A DNA stretch of 64,000 nucleotides. Source: an uncultured Acidobacteriota bacterium. GTDB lineage: Bacteria > Acidobacteriota > Thermoanaerobaculia > UBA5066. The notes under the pieces were generated by a model, which saw only the letters and a program-made list of their open reading frames with translations, did no database searches and was not told where the DNA came from. Positions 11,630 through 21,820 of the stretch are shown here, in pieces (the first letter of the stretch is position 1; the number at the start of each line of letters is the position of its first letter). A program made the translations under genes and the position numbers. Where the stretch lies: the NCBI GenBank assembly GCA_963821435.1, contig CAWGDR010000004.1, positions 255,596 through 319,595 of the forward strand. The letters run 5' to 3'.

Positions 11630-12322
11630 GCGCCGCCTCCCCGGGTCCGCGCTACCCGTGGAAGCCGATTCCCGGCTCGTCCCACGAGGTTCTCCTCTCG
11701 AAGATCGGCGCCCGCGGCACGGGACTGCGTCTTCTGGACGTCGGGTTCGGCGCCGGCGAGCTGGCCCGCCGCGTCCGCGATCGCTGTTCGTATCTCGCCG
11801 GCATCGAGCTCGACACCGAGGCCGCCGCCGTCTCGGCCGCACCTCTTCGACCGCTGCGTCGCCCGCGACATCCTCGAGTCTCTCTCGGCGATCGACGAGG
11901 CGCCCTTCGACGTCGTCGTCGTGGGAGACGTCCTCGAGCACCTTCCGGACCCGGGCGCCGTGCTCGAAAGGCTCCGGCCCCTCCTCCGGAAGGACGGACG
12001 GCTCCTCGTGTCGCTCCCGAACGTGGCGAACGTGACGGTCCGCCTGTCGCTTCTCGCCGGCCGATTCGAGTACACGCCGCGCGGCATCCTGGACGAGACG
12101 CACCTCCGGTTCTTCACGCGGAAGACGGGCCGGCGGCTCCTCGCGTCGCACGGCTTCACGGTCCTTTCCGAGACCGCGACGGCGATGCCGCTCGAGCTCG
12201 CGCTGCCGTTCCTGGGGCGCCCGCCGCTCGCCCCCGTCGTGCGCGGCGCCGCGGTCGCGGCGGCGCGGCTCCTTCCCGGGCTTTTCGGCTACCAGTTCGT
12301 CTGGGAGGCGGCCGTCGCGTGA
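11630..12322 (+). CDS. class I SAM-dependent methyltransferase (indel near 11840; start uncertain)
   Basis: The SAM-binding motif 'LDVGFGAGELA' is present. After a shift it continues 'HLFDRCVARDILESLSAIDEAPFDVVVVGDVLEHLPDP...GRLLVSLPN', which is Methyltransf_11/23-like. Confidence 0.55.
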   Translation, partial: APPPRVRATRGSRFPARPTRFSSRRSAPAARDCVFWTSGSAPASWPAASAIAVRISPASSSTPRPPPSRPHLFDRCVARDILESLSAIDEAPFDVVVVGDVLEHLPDPGAVLERLRPLLRKDGRLLVSLPNVANVTVRLSLLAGRFEYTPRGILDETHLRFFTRKTGRRLLASHGFTVLSETATAMPLELALPFLGRPPLAPVVRGAAVAAARLLPGLFGYQFVWEAAVA

Positions 12323-13045
12323 GGCCCGATCTCTCGATCGTCATCCCGGCCTTCAACGAGGAGACGCGCCTCCCGTCCTCCCTCGAGTCGGTGGCGGCGT
12401 TCCTCTCGCAGCGCCAGGCGCCGCTCTCGGCGGAGGTCGTGGTCGTGGACGACGGCTCGCGCGACCGGACCGCAGGCCGCGCCGAGGAGGCGGGCCGCCG
12501 CCTCGGTCTCTCCCTCCGCGTCGTCCGCCTCCCGGAAAACCGCGGAAAGGGGGCGGCCGTCCGCGCGGGCGCGCTCGCGGCGGAGGGGGCGAGCATCCTC
12601 GTCTCCGACGCCGACTTCTCGACGCCGATGCCGGAGTGGGAGAAGCTGGCCGCCGCGGGCGCGCCCGTCGCCATCGGCTCGCGAGCCGTCGACGAGACGC
12701 TCGTGAAGGAGCGCCAGGCGCTTCTTCCGCGTCTTCGCCGGGAAGCTCTTCAACCGCGTCGTCCGGGTCGTGGCCCTCCCCGGCATCCGCGACACGCAGT
12801 GCGGCTTCAAGCTCTTTTCGCGGGAGGCGGCGCAGGCCGTCTTCTCCCGCGCCCGGGTCGACCGCTTCGCCTGGGACGTCGAGGCCCTGCTGCTCGCGCG
12901 GAAGCTCGGCTTTCCGATCGCGGAGGTCCCGGTCCTCTGGTTCAACTCCGCCGACTCGCGCGTCACCCTCTGGGGGGGCGTGCAGGCCTACCTCGACCTC
13001 TTCCGGATCCGCCTCGGCGTCTCGCGCGCTCTCAAGAAGCGCTAG
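12319..13045 (+). CDS. family 2 glycosyltransferase (dolichol-phosphate mannosyltransferase-like); indel near 12715
   Basis: '[11 protein letters not shown]...[12 protein letters not shown]' carries the GT2 DxD motif. After the shift it continues '...[20 protein letters not shown]'. The GTG at 12319 overlaps the methyltransferase stop. Confidence 0.7.
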
Positions 13046-14326
13046 TACAGGGGGAAGGCGGACGTCAGCTCCCGGACCTTCGCGTGGACGCGCGTCTGGA
13101 CGGCGGTGTCCTCCAGCGCGTCGAGGACCTCCCCGATCCAGCCCGCGATGGTCGTCATCTCGCCCGTCCCCATGCCGCGCGTCGTGACGGCGGGGGTCCC
13201 GATCCGGAGGCCCGAGGTCACCATCGGCGGGTTCGGGTCGAACGGGATGGTGTTCTTGTTCACGGTGATCCCGGCGGCGTCGAGCGCCTTCTCGGCGGCC
13301 TTCCCCGTCAGGTTCTTCTTCCCGACGTCGACGAGGAAGAGGTGGTTGTCGGTCCCGCCCGAGACGATCCGGAAGCCGCGCGCGGCGACGGCGTCCGCGA
13401 AGACGCGGGCGTTCTCGACGACCTGCTTCTGGTAGGCGGCGAACTCGGGCGTCGCCGCTTCCTTCAGCGCCACGGCCTTCGCCGCGATGATGTGCTCGAG
13501 CGGCCCCCCCTGCTGGCCGGGGAAGACCGCCTTGTCGACCTCCTTGGCCCACTCCGGAGTGCAGAGGATGAGCCCGGCGCGGGGACCCCGGAGCGTCTTG
13601 TGCGTCGTCGTCGTGATGAAGTGGGCATGTCCGACCGGCGAGGGGTGGAGGCCCGTCGCGACGAGGCCCGCGATGTGGGCGATGTCGACCATCAGGAGCG
13701 CGCCGACGGCGTCGGCGACCTCGCGGAACTTCGGGAAGTCGAGCGTCCGCGGGTAGGCCGAGGCGCCCGCGACGATGAGCTTCGGCTTCTCCTGTTCGGC
13801 GATCCGGCGGAGCTCGCCGTAATCGATCCGCTCGTCCTCCTTCGGCCACGCCGTAGGCGACGACGCGGTAGAGCTTCCCCGAGACGTTCAGCGGGTGGCC
13901 GTGCGTGAGGTGTCCGCCGTGCGCGAGCGACATGCCGAGGAGGGTGTCGCCCGGCTTCAGGCACGCCATGTAGACCGCCGCGTTCGCCTGCGAGCCGGCG
14001 TGGGGCTGGACGTTCGCGTGGACGGCGTCGGGATTCCCCGGCGAGAAGAGGGCCTTCGCGCGCGCGATCGCGAGCGACTCCCCCTCGTCGACGTTCACGC
14101 AGCCGCCGTAGTAGCGCTTGCCGGGGTAGCCCTCGGCGTACTTGTTCGTCAGGACCGAGCCCATCGCCTCGAGGACGGCCCGCGAGGTGAAGTTCTCCGA
14201 GGCGATCAGCTCGATCCCGTCCTGCTGGCGCGCCAGCTCGTTCGCGAGGACGCGCGCGATGTCGGGGTCGACCTCGGCGAGCGGGCGGTTCAGGAGGCGG
14301 GCGCGGGCGGCGACGGTCGTGCTCAT
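13042..14326 (-). CDS. glyA: serine hydroxymethyltransferase; single indel near 13850
   Basis: The N-terminal part is '[38 protein letters not shown]...HGGHLTHG'. The C-terminal part '[14 protein letters not shown]...[14 protein letters not shown]' carries the PLP-lysine motif. The two parts sit in adjacent frames and rejoin as '...[37 protein letters not shown]'. Confidence 0.85.
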
Positions 14327-14763
14327 GAGGGCTCTCCGTCCAGCTTCTTCACCCGGCGCTCGTGGCGGCCGCCGGCGAAAGGGGTCGAGAGGAAGAGGTC
14401 GAGCATCGCCTCGGCGAGCGGCACCGCGGTCTGCCGGGCGCCGAAGGCGATGACGTTCGCGTCGTTGTGCTCGCGCATGAGCCGGGTGGCGAAGAGGTCG
14501 TTCGGAACGCCGGCGCGAACGCCCTTGACGCGGTTCGCGGCGATCGCGATCCCGATCCCCGTGCCGCAGCAGATGACGCCCCGCTCGGCGCGGCCCGCCG
14601 GCGACGGCCATCCCGACCGCGAAGCCGAAATCGGGGTAGTCGACCGACTCGGTCGAGGTCGTGCCGAGGTCGATGACCTCGTGGCCCCGCGCCGGCGAGG
14701 TAGGTCCCCAGCTGCTCCTTCAGCGGGAAAGCCCGCGTGGTCGGCGCCGAACGCGATCTTCAC
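14323..14763 (-). CDS. rpiB: ribose-5-phosphate isomerase B; at least 3 indels
   Basis: '[11 protein letters not shown]' opens the protein, '[24 protein letters not shown]...[14 protein letters not shown]...[10 protein letters not shown]' is diagnostic, and the middle segment '[33 protein letters not shown]' is recovered from other frames. The start overlaps the glyA stop. Confidence 0.7.
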   Translation of the reverse strand: MKIAFGADHAGFPAEGAAGDLPRRRGATRSSTSARPRPSRSTTPISASRSGWPSPAGRAERGVICCGTGIGIAIAANRVKGVRAGVPNDLFATRLMREHNDANVIAFGARQTAVPLAEAMLDLFLSTPFAGGRHERRVKKLDGEPS

Positions 14764-14786
14764 GCGGCGATCTTATCCCCAGCCGA

Positions 14787-16146
14787 TCACTCGGGGCTTC
14801 CGAGGCGGCGCCGCGGATAGGCCGAGACCATCCCGTCGTACTCCGCGAGCGCGTAGCTGTCGGTCATCCCCGCGAGGTGGTCGGCGATCGAGCGGAGGAA
14901 GAGCGGCTTCCGGTGGTAGTTCGCGGCGATCTCGGCGTCGAGCCGCTTGAGCGGGATGTCTCGGAGGTACCCCACGCCCGCGAGGTCGCGGTAGCGGAGC
15001 AGGACGTCGTCCGGCAGCAGGCGCGGGTTCCGGTACCAGGCGCCGAAGAGCGTCGTGACGACGAGCTGCGCCCTCCCGTCGTGCTTCGACACGAGGTGGC
15101 TGTGGATGACGTGCTGGTAGATGAACTCCTTCAGCTCGCGGTAGAAGCGCTCGCCCGCCTTCGACGGGGCGACGAGAGAGCCGGGAGCTTCCGCCTCTGG
15201 GCGTAGAAATCGTCGGGCGTCGCGATTCTCCGGGACGTGACCCACGCCTCGATCGAGCCGCGCGAGGCGGTGATGAGGTCCGTGACGAGGAGGTGGATCA
15301 TCCCGCGGATCAGCATCGCGTGCCGCACCGTCCGATCCTCCGTCGCCTCCCAGCGGGGGCCGAGCGCCTCGAGCACCGCCTTCGCGATCGGCAGCGCGAG
15401 GACCTTTCCGAACTCCACGAGCTTCAGGCCGTCCTCGAGGTCGTGCGCCTGCTGCGCGAACTCGTCGGCCCAGCCCGTGACCTGTCCCTCGAGGTGCCCG
15501 CCGGAGGAGAGGTTGAGCCCCTCGTCGTCGAGGTCCGGGAAACGGGAAATCCCGGCGCCAGGTCGTGTGCTTGAGGATCCCCTCGCGCGTGTCGTTCGTC
15601 AGGTTCAGGCCCGGGTGGGCGTAGCGCTTCTCGAGGACGTCGACGACGCGGACCGACTGGTAGTTGTGCTTGAAGGCGCCGGCGAGCGCCGCGACCTTCG
15701 GCTCGACCGGGATCGACGGCTCGGCTCCGGCGAGGATCCGGTTCAGGACCTTCTCGCCCGAGTGGCCGAACGGCGTGTGCCCGAGGTCGTGCCCGAGGCA
15801 GCACGCCTCGGTCAGGTCCTCGTTCAGGCCCATCGCGCGCGCGACCGTCCGGCCGATCTGCGTCACCTCGAGCGTGTGCGTGAGCCGGGTCCGGTAGTGG
15901 TCCCCCTCGAACGGGAATGAAGACCTGCGTCTTGTGCTTCAGCCGGCGGAAGGCGCGCGAGTGGATGATCCGGTCGCGGTCCCGCTGGTACTCGGTCCGG
16001 TAGTCGTAGCTGCGCCCCTCACCTTCGACCGGCCACCGGCGTGTCGCGCGGGAGGAGCGAGACGCGGTGACGGCCAGGCTCCGCTCCTCCATCGCCTCGA
16101 GGTCCCTCTTCGTGAAGGTGACGACCCGGGGAAGGTCGCGGCTCAT
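14787..16146 (-). CDS. dGTP triphosphohydrolase-like HD-domain protein; several indels
   Basis: The N-terminal part is '[28 protein letters not shown]'. The HD motif region is '[43 protein letters not shown]'. The C-terminus is '...[13 protein letters not shown]'. The ATG at 16144-16146 overlaps the folC stop (ATGA). Confidence 0.7.
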
Positions 16147-17344
16147 GGCGGGGATATTAGAGCGAGCACCTCGCCGACGAGATAGAGGGAGCCGGCCACG
16201 AGGACCGGGGGCGCGGACGTTCCCGCCGCGTCGAGCTCGGCGACCGCCGCCGCCACGGAGGGCGCCGTCCCGGCATCGTGCCGCCCGAGCCTTTCGGACG
16301 AGCGCCGCCGGGGCGGCCGCGCGGGGCGAGACGGGCGCCGCGAAGAGGACCCGGGCGACCCTCGGAGCGAGCGGCGCGAAGACCGCCTCGAGGTCCTTGT
16401 CGGCCATCCCGCCGAAGAGGAGGTCGACCCGCCCGGAGAGCCCCTCGGCGTCGAGCCAGGCCGCGAGCGCCCGGGCGCCGTCCGGGTTGTGCGCGCCGTC
16501 GAGGATCCACGCGCGTGCGCCGGGGCGCACGACCCGCTGCAGGCGTCCCGGCCAGCGCGTCGCCGCGAGGCCGCGCGCGATCGATTCCTCGTCGAGCGGC
16601 GCCATCGTGCGCGCGGCCGCGACCGCGAGCGCCGCGTTCGCCCGCTGGTGCGCGCCTGCCAGCGAGAAGACGCCGTCCCACCGGGCATCCGGGGCGATCT
16701 CCGCGAGCCGGGCTCCGACCCGCGCCGCCTCGGCGCGGAGGACCGCCGCCGCGTCGGGAGGGCTCCCGGCGGCCCCGACGAGGGCGGGCCGGCCGCTCCG
16801 GAAGGTCCCGGCCTTCTCGCGCGCGACGTCGGCGAGGGTCGGGCCGAGCACGTCGAGGTGGTCGGCGCCGACGTTCGTGACGACGGAGACCTCGGGGGTC
16901 GAGGACGTTCGTCGCGTCGAGCCTCCCGCCGATCCCCACTTCCACGACGGCAACCTCGACGCGCGCCCTCCGGAAGAGCTCGAAGGCCGCGACGGTGAGC
17001 GCCTCGAAGTAGGTCGGGCCCCGGTCGGCCGGTCCCGCGACGGCCGCGACGAGGGCGAGGGCGTCGTCGAGCGCCGCGGCCGGAACGTCGGCGTCGTCGA
17101 CCCGGATCCGCTCCGTGACGCGGATGAGGTGGGGCGACGTGTAGAGGCCCGCCCGGACGCCGGCGGTCCGGAAGATCGCGGAAAGGGCGGCCGCGGTCGA
17201 CCCCTTGCCGTTGGTCCCGGCGATCAGGGCGGAGCGGAAGGCCCGTTCCGGGTTCCCGAGCGAGGCGAGAAGGGCCCGCGTCCGGTCGAGGCCGGGGCGG
17301 ATCCTCTGCGGCCCGAGCGCGTCGAGCCAGCCGAGCCCGCTCAC
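16143..17344 (-). CDS. folC: bifunctional folylpolyglutamate synthase / dihydrofolate synthase; several indels
   Basis: The P-loop '[12 protein letters not shown]' is present, along with '[15 protein letters not shown]', '[26 protein letters not shown]' and a C-terminal '...[12 protein letters not shown]'. The GTG overlaps the accD stop (GTGA). Confidence 0.75.
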
Positions 17345-18187
17345 TCCCCGAAGAGCTTGAGGAGCGTCCCGATCGTCGCCTTCAGCTTCTCGCGAGGGAC
17401 GACGGCGTCCACGAACCCGTGGTCGAGCAGGAACTCCGCGCGCTGGAATCCCTCGGGGAGCGTCTGGCGGATCGTCTGCTCGATGACGCGCGGGCCCGGC
17501 GAAGCCGATCAGCGCCTTCGGTTCCGCCAGGATCACGTCTCCCTGCATCGCGAACGAGGCCGTCACGCCTCCCGTCGTCGGGTCGGTCAGAACGGAAAGA
17601 TAGGGCACGCGCGCGTCGCCGAGGCGGGCGAGCGCGCCGGAGATCTTCCCCATCTGCATCAGCGAGAGGATTCCCTCCTGCATCCTCGCGCCCCCCGACG
17701 CCGAGACGATGATCAGAGGGAGCCGCTCGCGCAGGGCGAGCTCCGCCGAGCGCGTGATCACCTCGCCGACGACCGAGCCCATCGAGCCCCCGCTGAAGGC
17801 ATAGTCGAGAACCGCCACGACGACGCGCCGGCCGTCGAGGTTTCCGGTCGCCGCGATGATCGCGTCGGGGCGCCCCGTGCGGGCCTCGTACTCCTTCAGC
17901 CGGTCGCGGTAACGCTTCGAATCCTTGAACTTCAGCGGGTCGACGGGACGCACCTCCGAGTAGAGCGCCTGCCAGCGCTCGTCGTCGAAGAGGAGTCGGA
18001 GTCGGGCATCGGCCGAAAGGCGGAAGTGGTGCTGGCATTTCGGGCAGACCGAGAGGTTCCGCTCGACTTCCTTCGCGTAGAGCGTCTCGCGGCACCCCTC
18101 GCACTTGAGGAACAGCCCCTCGCCGAGCGACGCCGACTTCTGGTCGCGCACCGGCCGCGGGCTCTTGTCCTTCTTGAACCAGATCAT
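17341..18187 (-). CDS. accD: acetyl-CoA carboxylase carboxyltransferase beta subunit; one indel near 17490
   Basis: '[31 protein letters not shown]' is the Zn-ribbon. The carboxyltransferase core is '[21 protein letters not shown]...[14 protein letters not shown]'. After a shift the C-terminus reads '...[26 protein letters not shown]...LKLFGE'. Confidence 0.85.
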
Positions 18188-18203
18188 GGCGAAGGGGGCG
18201 ATG

Positions 18204-18977
18204 TTACCCGAGCCGGCTCGCGAGCGAGACGACGGGGCGCCCGCCCGGTCCGGGCGTCACCGACGCCGAGACGCGGAAGAGCTCCGAGAGGAGGGGCCCC
18301 GTGAGGACCTTCGCGACCGGCCCCGCCGCCACGACGCGGCCCGCCGACAGGAGGACGGCACGGTCGGCCGCCGAGGCCGCGAGGTCGATCTCGTGGGTCG
18401 AGAAGAGGACCGCGGCTCCCTCCGAGGCGCGGCGGCGGAGAGCCTCCGTCACCAGGAGGCGGTGCCGCGGGTCGAGGTTTGCCGCGGGCTCGTCGAGGAG
18501 AAGCGCCTGCGGCTCGCCGGCGAAGACCCGGGCGAGGAGGACGCGCTGCCGCTCGCCGCCGCTCATCTCGAGCAGGTCGGTCCCGGCGAAGGCCTCCGCG
18601 TCCACTTCCGCGAGCGCCCGTCCGGCGGCCGCGACGTCGCCCGGCGACGGCCCGCCGAACGCCGGCAGCCACGGCGTCCGGCCGAGGAGGACCGCGTCGA
18701 GCGCCCGCATCGGGAAGAGCGGGACGAACGCCTGCGGCAGGTAGCCGATCCGCCGCGCCGCCTCGCGGCGCGGCACGTCCGCGAGAGGCCGCCCTCCGAG
18801 CAGGACCGCGCCGGCGCGCGGCCGGAGGAGCCCCGCGAGGACCTTGAGGAGCGTCGACTTTCCCGCGCCGTTCTCCCCGAGGAGCGCGACCGTTTCGCCC
18901 GGCGCGAGCTCCAGGTCGACGCCGTGGAGCGTGTCGGCGCCGCCGTAGCCCGCCCGGACCCCGCAGAGCTCGATCAA
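18204..18977 (-). CDS. ABC transporter ATP-binding protein (iron-siderophore/hemin/cobalamin type, FecE/BtuD-like)
   Basis: The gene is intact. It has Walker A 'GENGAGKSTLL', the ABC signature 'MSGGERQRVLLA' and Walker B 'LLLDEP'. The small size is typical of a type II importer ATPase. Confidence 0.85.
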   Translation of the reverse strand: MIELCGVRAGYGGADTLHGVDLELAPGETVALLGENGAGKSTLLKVLAGLLRPRAGAVLLGGRPLADVPRREAARRIGYLPQAFVPLFPMRALDAVLLGRTPWLPAFGGPSPGDVAAAGRALAEVDAEAFAGTDLLEMSGGERQRVLLARVFAGEPQALLLDEPAANLDPRHRLLVTEALRRRASEGAAVLFSTHEIDLAASAADRAVLLSAGRVVAAGPVAKVLTGPLLSELFRVSASVTPGPGGRPVVSLASRLG

Positions 18978-19975
18978 CCGCGCCTCCGCATCAGGACGAG
19001 GAAGGCCGGCGCGCCGAGGAGCGCGGTGATGGCGCCGACGGAGATCTCGGCCGGCGCGAAGAGCGTCCGCGCCGCCGTGTCCGCGAGGACGAGGAGAACC
19101 GCGCCTCCGAGGAACGAGAGGAGGAGCAGCGGCCGGTTTCCTCGCGAGACCGCCCGGACCGCGTGGGGGACGAGGAGGCCGACGAAGCCGATGATCCCCG
19201 AGAAGGCGACCGCCGCCGCCGCGAGGAGCGACGCGGCCAGGTAGGCCGTCCTCTTCACCGTCTCGACCGGCACGCCCAGCGTGAAGGCGGTCTCGTCACC
19301 GAGCGCGAGGGCGTCGAAGGCCCGCGCGAGCGGGACGAGCGCGACGAGCCCGAGCGCCGCGTAGATCGCGAGCGTCCGGACCGCGTCGCCCGTGGCGCCG
19401 GCGAGGGAACCGAGCATCCAGTAGACGAAGCCCTGCGTCCGCGCGGCGTCGCTGAACGACAGCAGGAAGAGGAGCACGGCCGAGGCCAGGGCGTTCACGA
19501 CGACGCCCGAGAGGAGGAGCCGGCCCCGGTCGAGCCGCCCGCGGACGGACGCGCCGAGCCCGACGAGGAGGACCGCCCCGAGAGCGCCGAGGAAGGCCGC
19601 GAGCGGGAGCGCCGCGGCGCCGAGCGGCCCGGCCGCGGAGAGCCCCGCCATCCCGCCGACGAGCGTCCCGCACGCGGCGCCCCCGGAAACGCCGAGGAGG
19701 TACGGGTCGGCGAGCGGGTTCTGGAGAAGCGCCTGCAGCGCCGCGCCGGAGAGAGCGAGCGCGCCGCCGACGAGCGCCGCGAGGAGCGCCCGCGGGAGAC
19801 GGAGGTCCCTTACGATCGTCACGAACGCCGGGTCCCCGGAGCCGGCGAGCGCGCGGAGGAGGTCGCCCGCCGGGATCGGGACGCTTCCGACGGCGAGCGA
19901 GGCCACGAACGCTCCGGCGAGCAGCAGGAGGAGGACGAGCGCCGTGGCCGCCGTGCGCGGCCGGACCGGGGTCAT
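18974..19975 (-). CDS. FecCD-family ABC permease (iron-siderophore/B12 type)
   Basis: The gene is intact at about 333 aa. It has a polytopic topology with 'ADPYLLGVSGGAA...' typical of FecCD/BtuC permeases. Its start and stop overlap the neighbouring genes. Confidence 0.85.
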   Translation of the reverse strand: MTPVRPRTAATALVLLLLLAGAFVASLAVGSVPIPAGDLLRALAGSGDPAFVTIVRDLRLPRALLAALVGGALALSGAALQALLQNPLADPYLLGVSGGAACGTLVGGMAGLSAAGPLGAAALPLAAFLGALGAVLLVGLGASVRGRLDRGRLLLSGVVVNALASAVLLFLLSFSDAARTQGFVYWMLGSLAGATGDAVRTLAIYAALGLVALVPLARAFDALALGDETAFTLGVPVETVKRTAYLAASLLAAAAVAFSGIIGFVGLLVPHAVRAVSRGNRPLLLLSFLGGAVLLVLADTAARTLFAPAEISVGAITALLGAPAFLVLMRRRG

Positions 19976-20829
19976 CGCGGTCCCGCCGCGCCGGACGGCG
20001 GAAGCGCCGCCAGGATCTCGAGCGCCTCGACGAGGCCGGGACCCGGCCGCTCGAGGAGGTTCCCCGGAATGGTCACGACGCGCCCCTCGCGGACGGCGGC
20101 GACGAGCGTCCAGCGCGCGTCGTCCCGGAACGCGCGCCGGAACGCCGCCTCGTTCTCCTTCGTGGCCGGCCGGATCAGGAGACGAGGGTTCCAGGCGGCG
20201 AGCGCCTCGTGGGAGACGCGCGGCCACTCGGCGCCCCCCACCGGAACGACGTTTGCGATCCGCGCGCGCGAAAGGACGTCTCCGACGAACGTCGACGGTC
20301 CCGCGACGACGGGCGGGTCGGGCCAGATGACGGCCACGGCGCGCAGCGGCGGACCGGGGCGCGCGGCCGCCCGCGCCTCGGCGGCCGCGATACGGGCCGA
20401 GAGCGCCGCGACGAGCTTCCCCGCCGCCGCCGACTCCCCCGCGGCCGTTCCGACGGCCCGGATGTCCTCGAGGACGCCGTCCAGCGTCCGGCCGGAGGTC
20501 ACGACGACCGGCAGGCCGAGCGCCGTCAGCTTCTCCCAGGAGGCCCGGTCGGTGCCGTCGCGCGAGACGACGACGAGGTCGGGCTTCAGCGCCACGACGC
20601 GCTCCAGGTCGGGCGTGAAGCCGCCGAGCGTCGGCAGGCCCTCGGCGCCGGGCACGTCGGCGGCGAAATCCGCGACGCCCGCGAGCCGCGGGCCGGCCCC
20701 GAGCGCGACGAGGATCTCCACGGCGGAGGGAGCAAGAGCGACGATCCGCCGGGGCGCCGGGCCCCCGCGGCGCGGGCGCCGCGCCGAGCGCCAGGGCGAG
20801 GAGGAGCGGCGCGGCCGGGCGGAAGGTCA
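19972..20829 (-). CDS. periplasmic substrate-binding protein (BtuF/FhuD-like, cluster A type 2); indel between signal peptide and mature part
   Basis: 'RRIVALAPSAVEILVALGAGPRLAGVADFA...GLPTLGGFTPDLERVVALKPDLVVV' resembles BtuF. The signal-peptide-like 'TFRPAAPLLLALALGAAPA' is in an adjacent frame. The start codon is unclear (CTG or an indel). Confidence 0.6.
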
Positions 20830-21049
20830 GGGCTCTTCCGGCTCTTCCAGATCGTTCGGGATGCCGAGCCGCAGGCAGGCCGCGGCGTACATCTGGCGGG
20901 CCGCCTTCTGGGCGTTCTGAAGGTCCGCGAGACGCTCCTTGACCTTGGAGAGCTCCTCCTGGATCAGTCCCCTCCATCTCGTCGATCTCTTTCTTCGTCA
21001 CCTGGAGCGTGTTTTCGTAAAACTTCCGCTGTTCGTCGGTCAGGCTCAT
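20827..21049 (-). CDS. small (~74 aa) acidic helical protein of unknown function; possible single indel
   Basis: An ATG at 21049 sits 5 nt downstream of a GAGGAG Shine-Dalgarno. 'MSLTDEQRKFYENTLQVTKKEIDEMEG' then (after a +1 shift) 'LIQEELSKVKERLADLQNAQKAARQMYAAACLRLGIPNDLEEPEEP*'. Codon usage is locally AT-richer than the surroundings. The ORF lies between the TonB_C segment and the SBP gene. Confidence 0.35.
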
Positions 21050-21074
21050 TCGATCTCCTCGGCGTGATGACCCG

Positions 21075-21820
21075 TCACGGCTTGACCGTGATGGCGAAGG
21101 TGGACCACATCTTGACTTTCACGCCGTCCTTCGTGGCCGGCGTGATTTTCGCACTTCGGAGGGCCCGGATCGCGGCCTCGTCCACGAACTTGTGCGGCGA
21201 AGGCCGGATCAGGCGGACGTCGGTCACGTTTCCGTTCTCGTCGACGAGGCCCATCAGGACGGTGATTCCGAGGCTGCCGTCGGACGACGTGCGCGTCATC
21301 TGGCGGGCCTGGGGCGGAAGACCCGTGAAGGCGCCGAGCCGGACGAGCTTCGGTTCGACGACCCCTTCCCCGGGCCCGACGAGCTCGCCGACGCTCGGCA
21401 TTCCGGCGACGGGCGCGGGAAGCGGGGGCGGAGCCTGGGGGATCGAGACCTCGGTCGGCACGGCGCGCGCCGCCTCGGCCATCGGGGCCGCCGGCTGCGC
21501 GGCCGGCTGGGCCGCGACCGCCACGGCCGTCGGCGCGGGAGCCGCTGCCGCGGTCGCCAGCGGCGGTGCGGCCGGAACCGCCGCCGAGGTCGCCGGCGCA
21601 GCCGCGGCCGTCGCAGGCGCGGCCGTCGCAGGCGACGGCCCCTCCACCGACTTCGGGGGTTCCGCCGGCGCCTTCGCCGCGAGCGAGAGCCCCGGCGCGG
21701 CCGTCGCGGGCGTTCCCGCCTTGCCCGCGGCCGCCTTCTTCTCCGCCTCCTTACGGGCCTTCTCGGTCTCGAGCAGCGAGCCTCTTCGCCTCGGCCTCGA
21801 CCGCTTTCGGGTCGACGACC
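21075..21820 (-). CDS. Pro/Ala/Glu-Lys-rich spacer plus TonB C-terminal domain; most likely the 3' part of the upstream kinase gene (21751-24282) separated from it by an indel
   Basis: The frame is open from about 21820 down to 21075. It reads '...LLETEKARKEAEKKAAAGKAGTP...(Pro/Ala-rich)...LPPQARQMTRTSSDGSLGITVLMGLVDENGNVTDVRLIRPSPHKFVDEAAIRALRSAKITPATKDGVKVKMWSTFAI', which is the TonB_C fold signature (compare E. coli TonB 'YPARAQALRIEGQVKVKFDV...'). This frame has no TM helix or signal peptide of its own. Confidence 0.6.
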
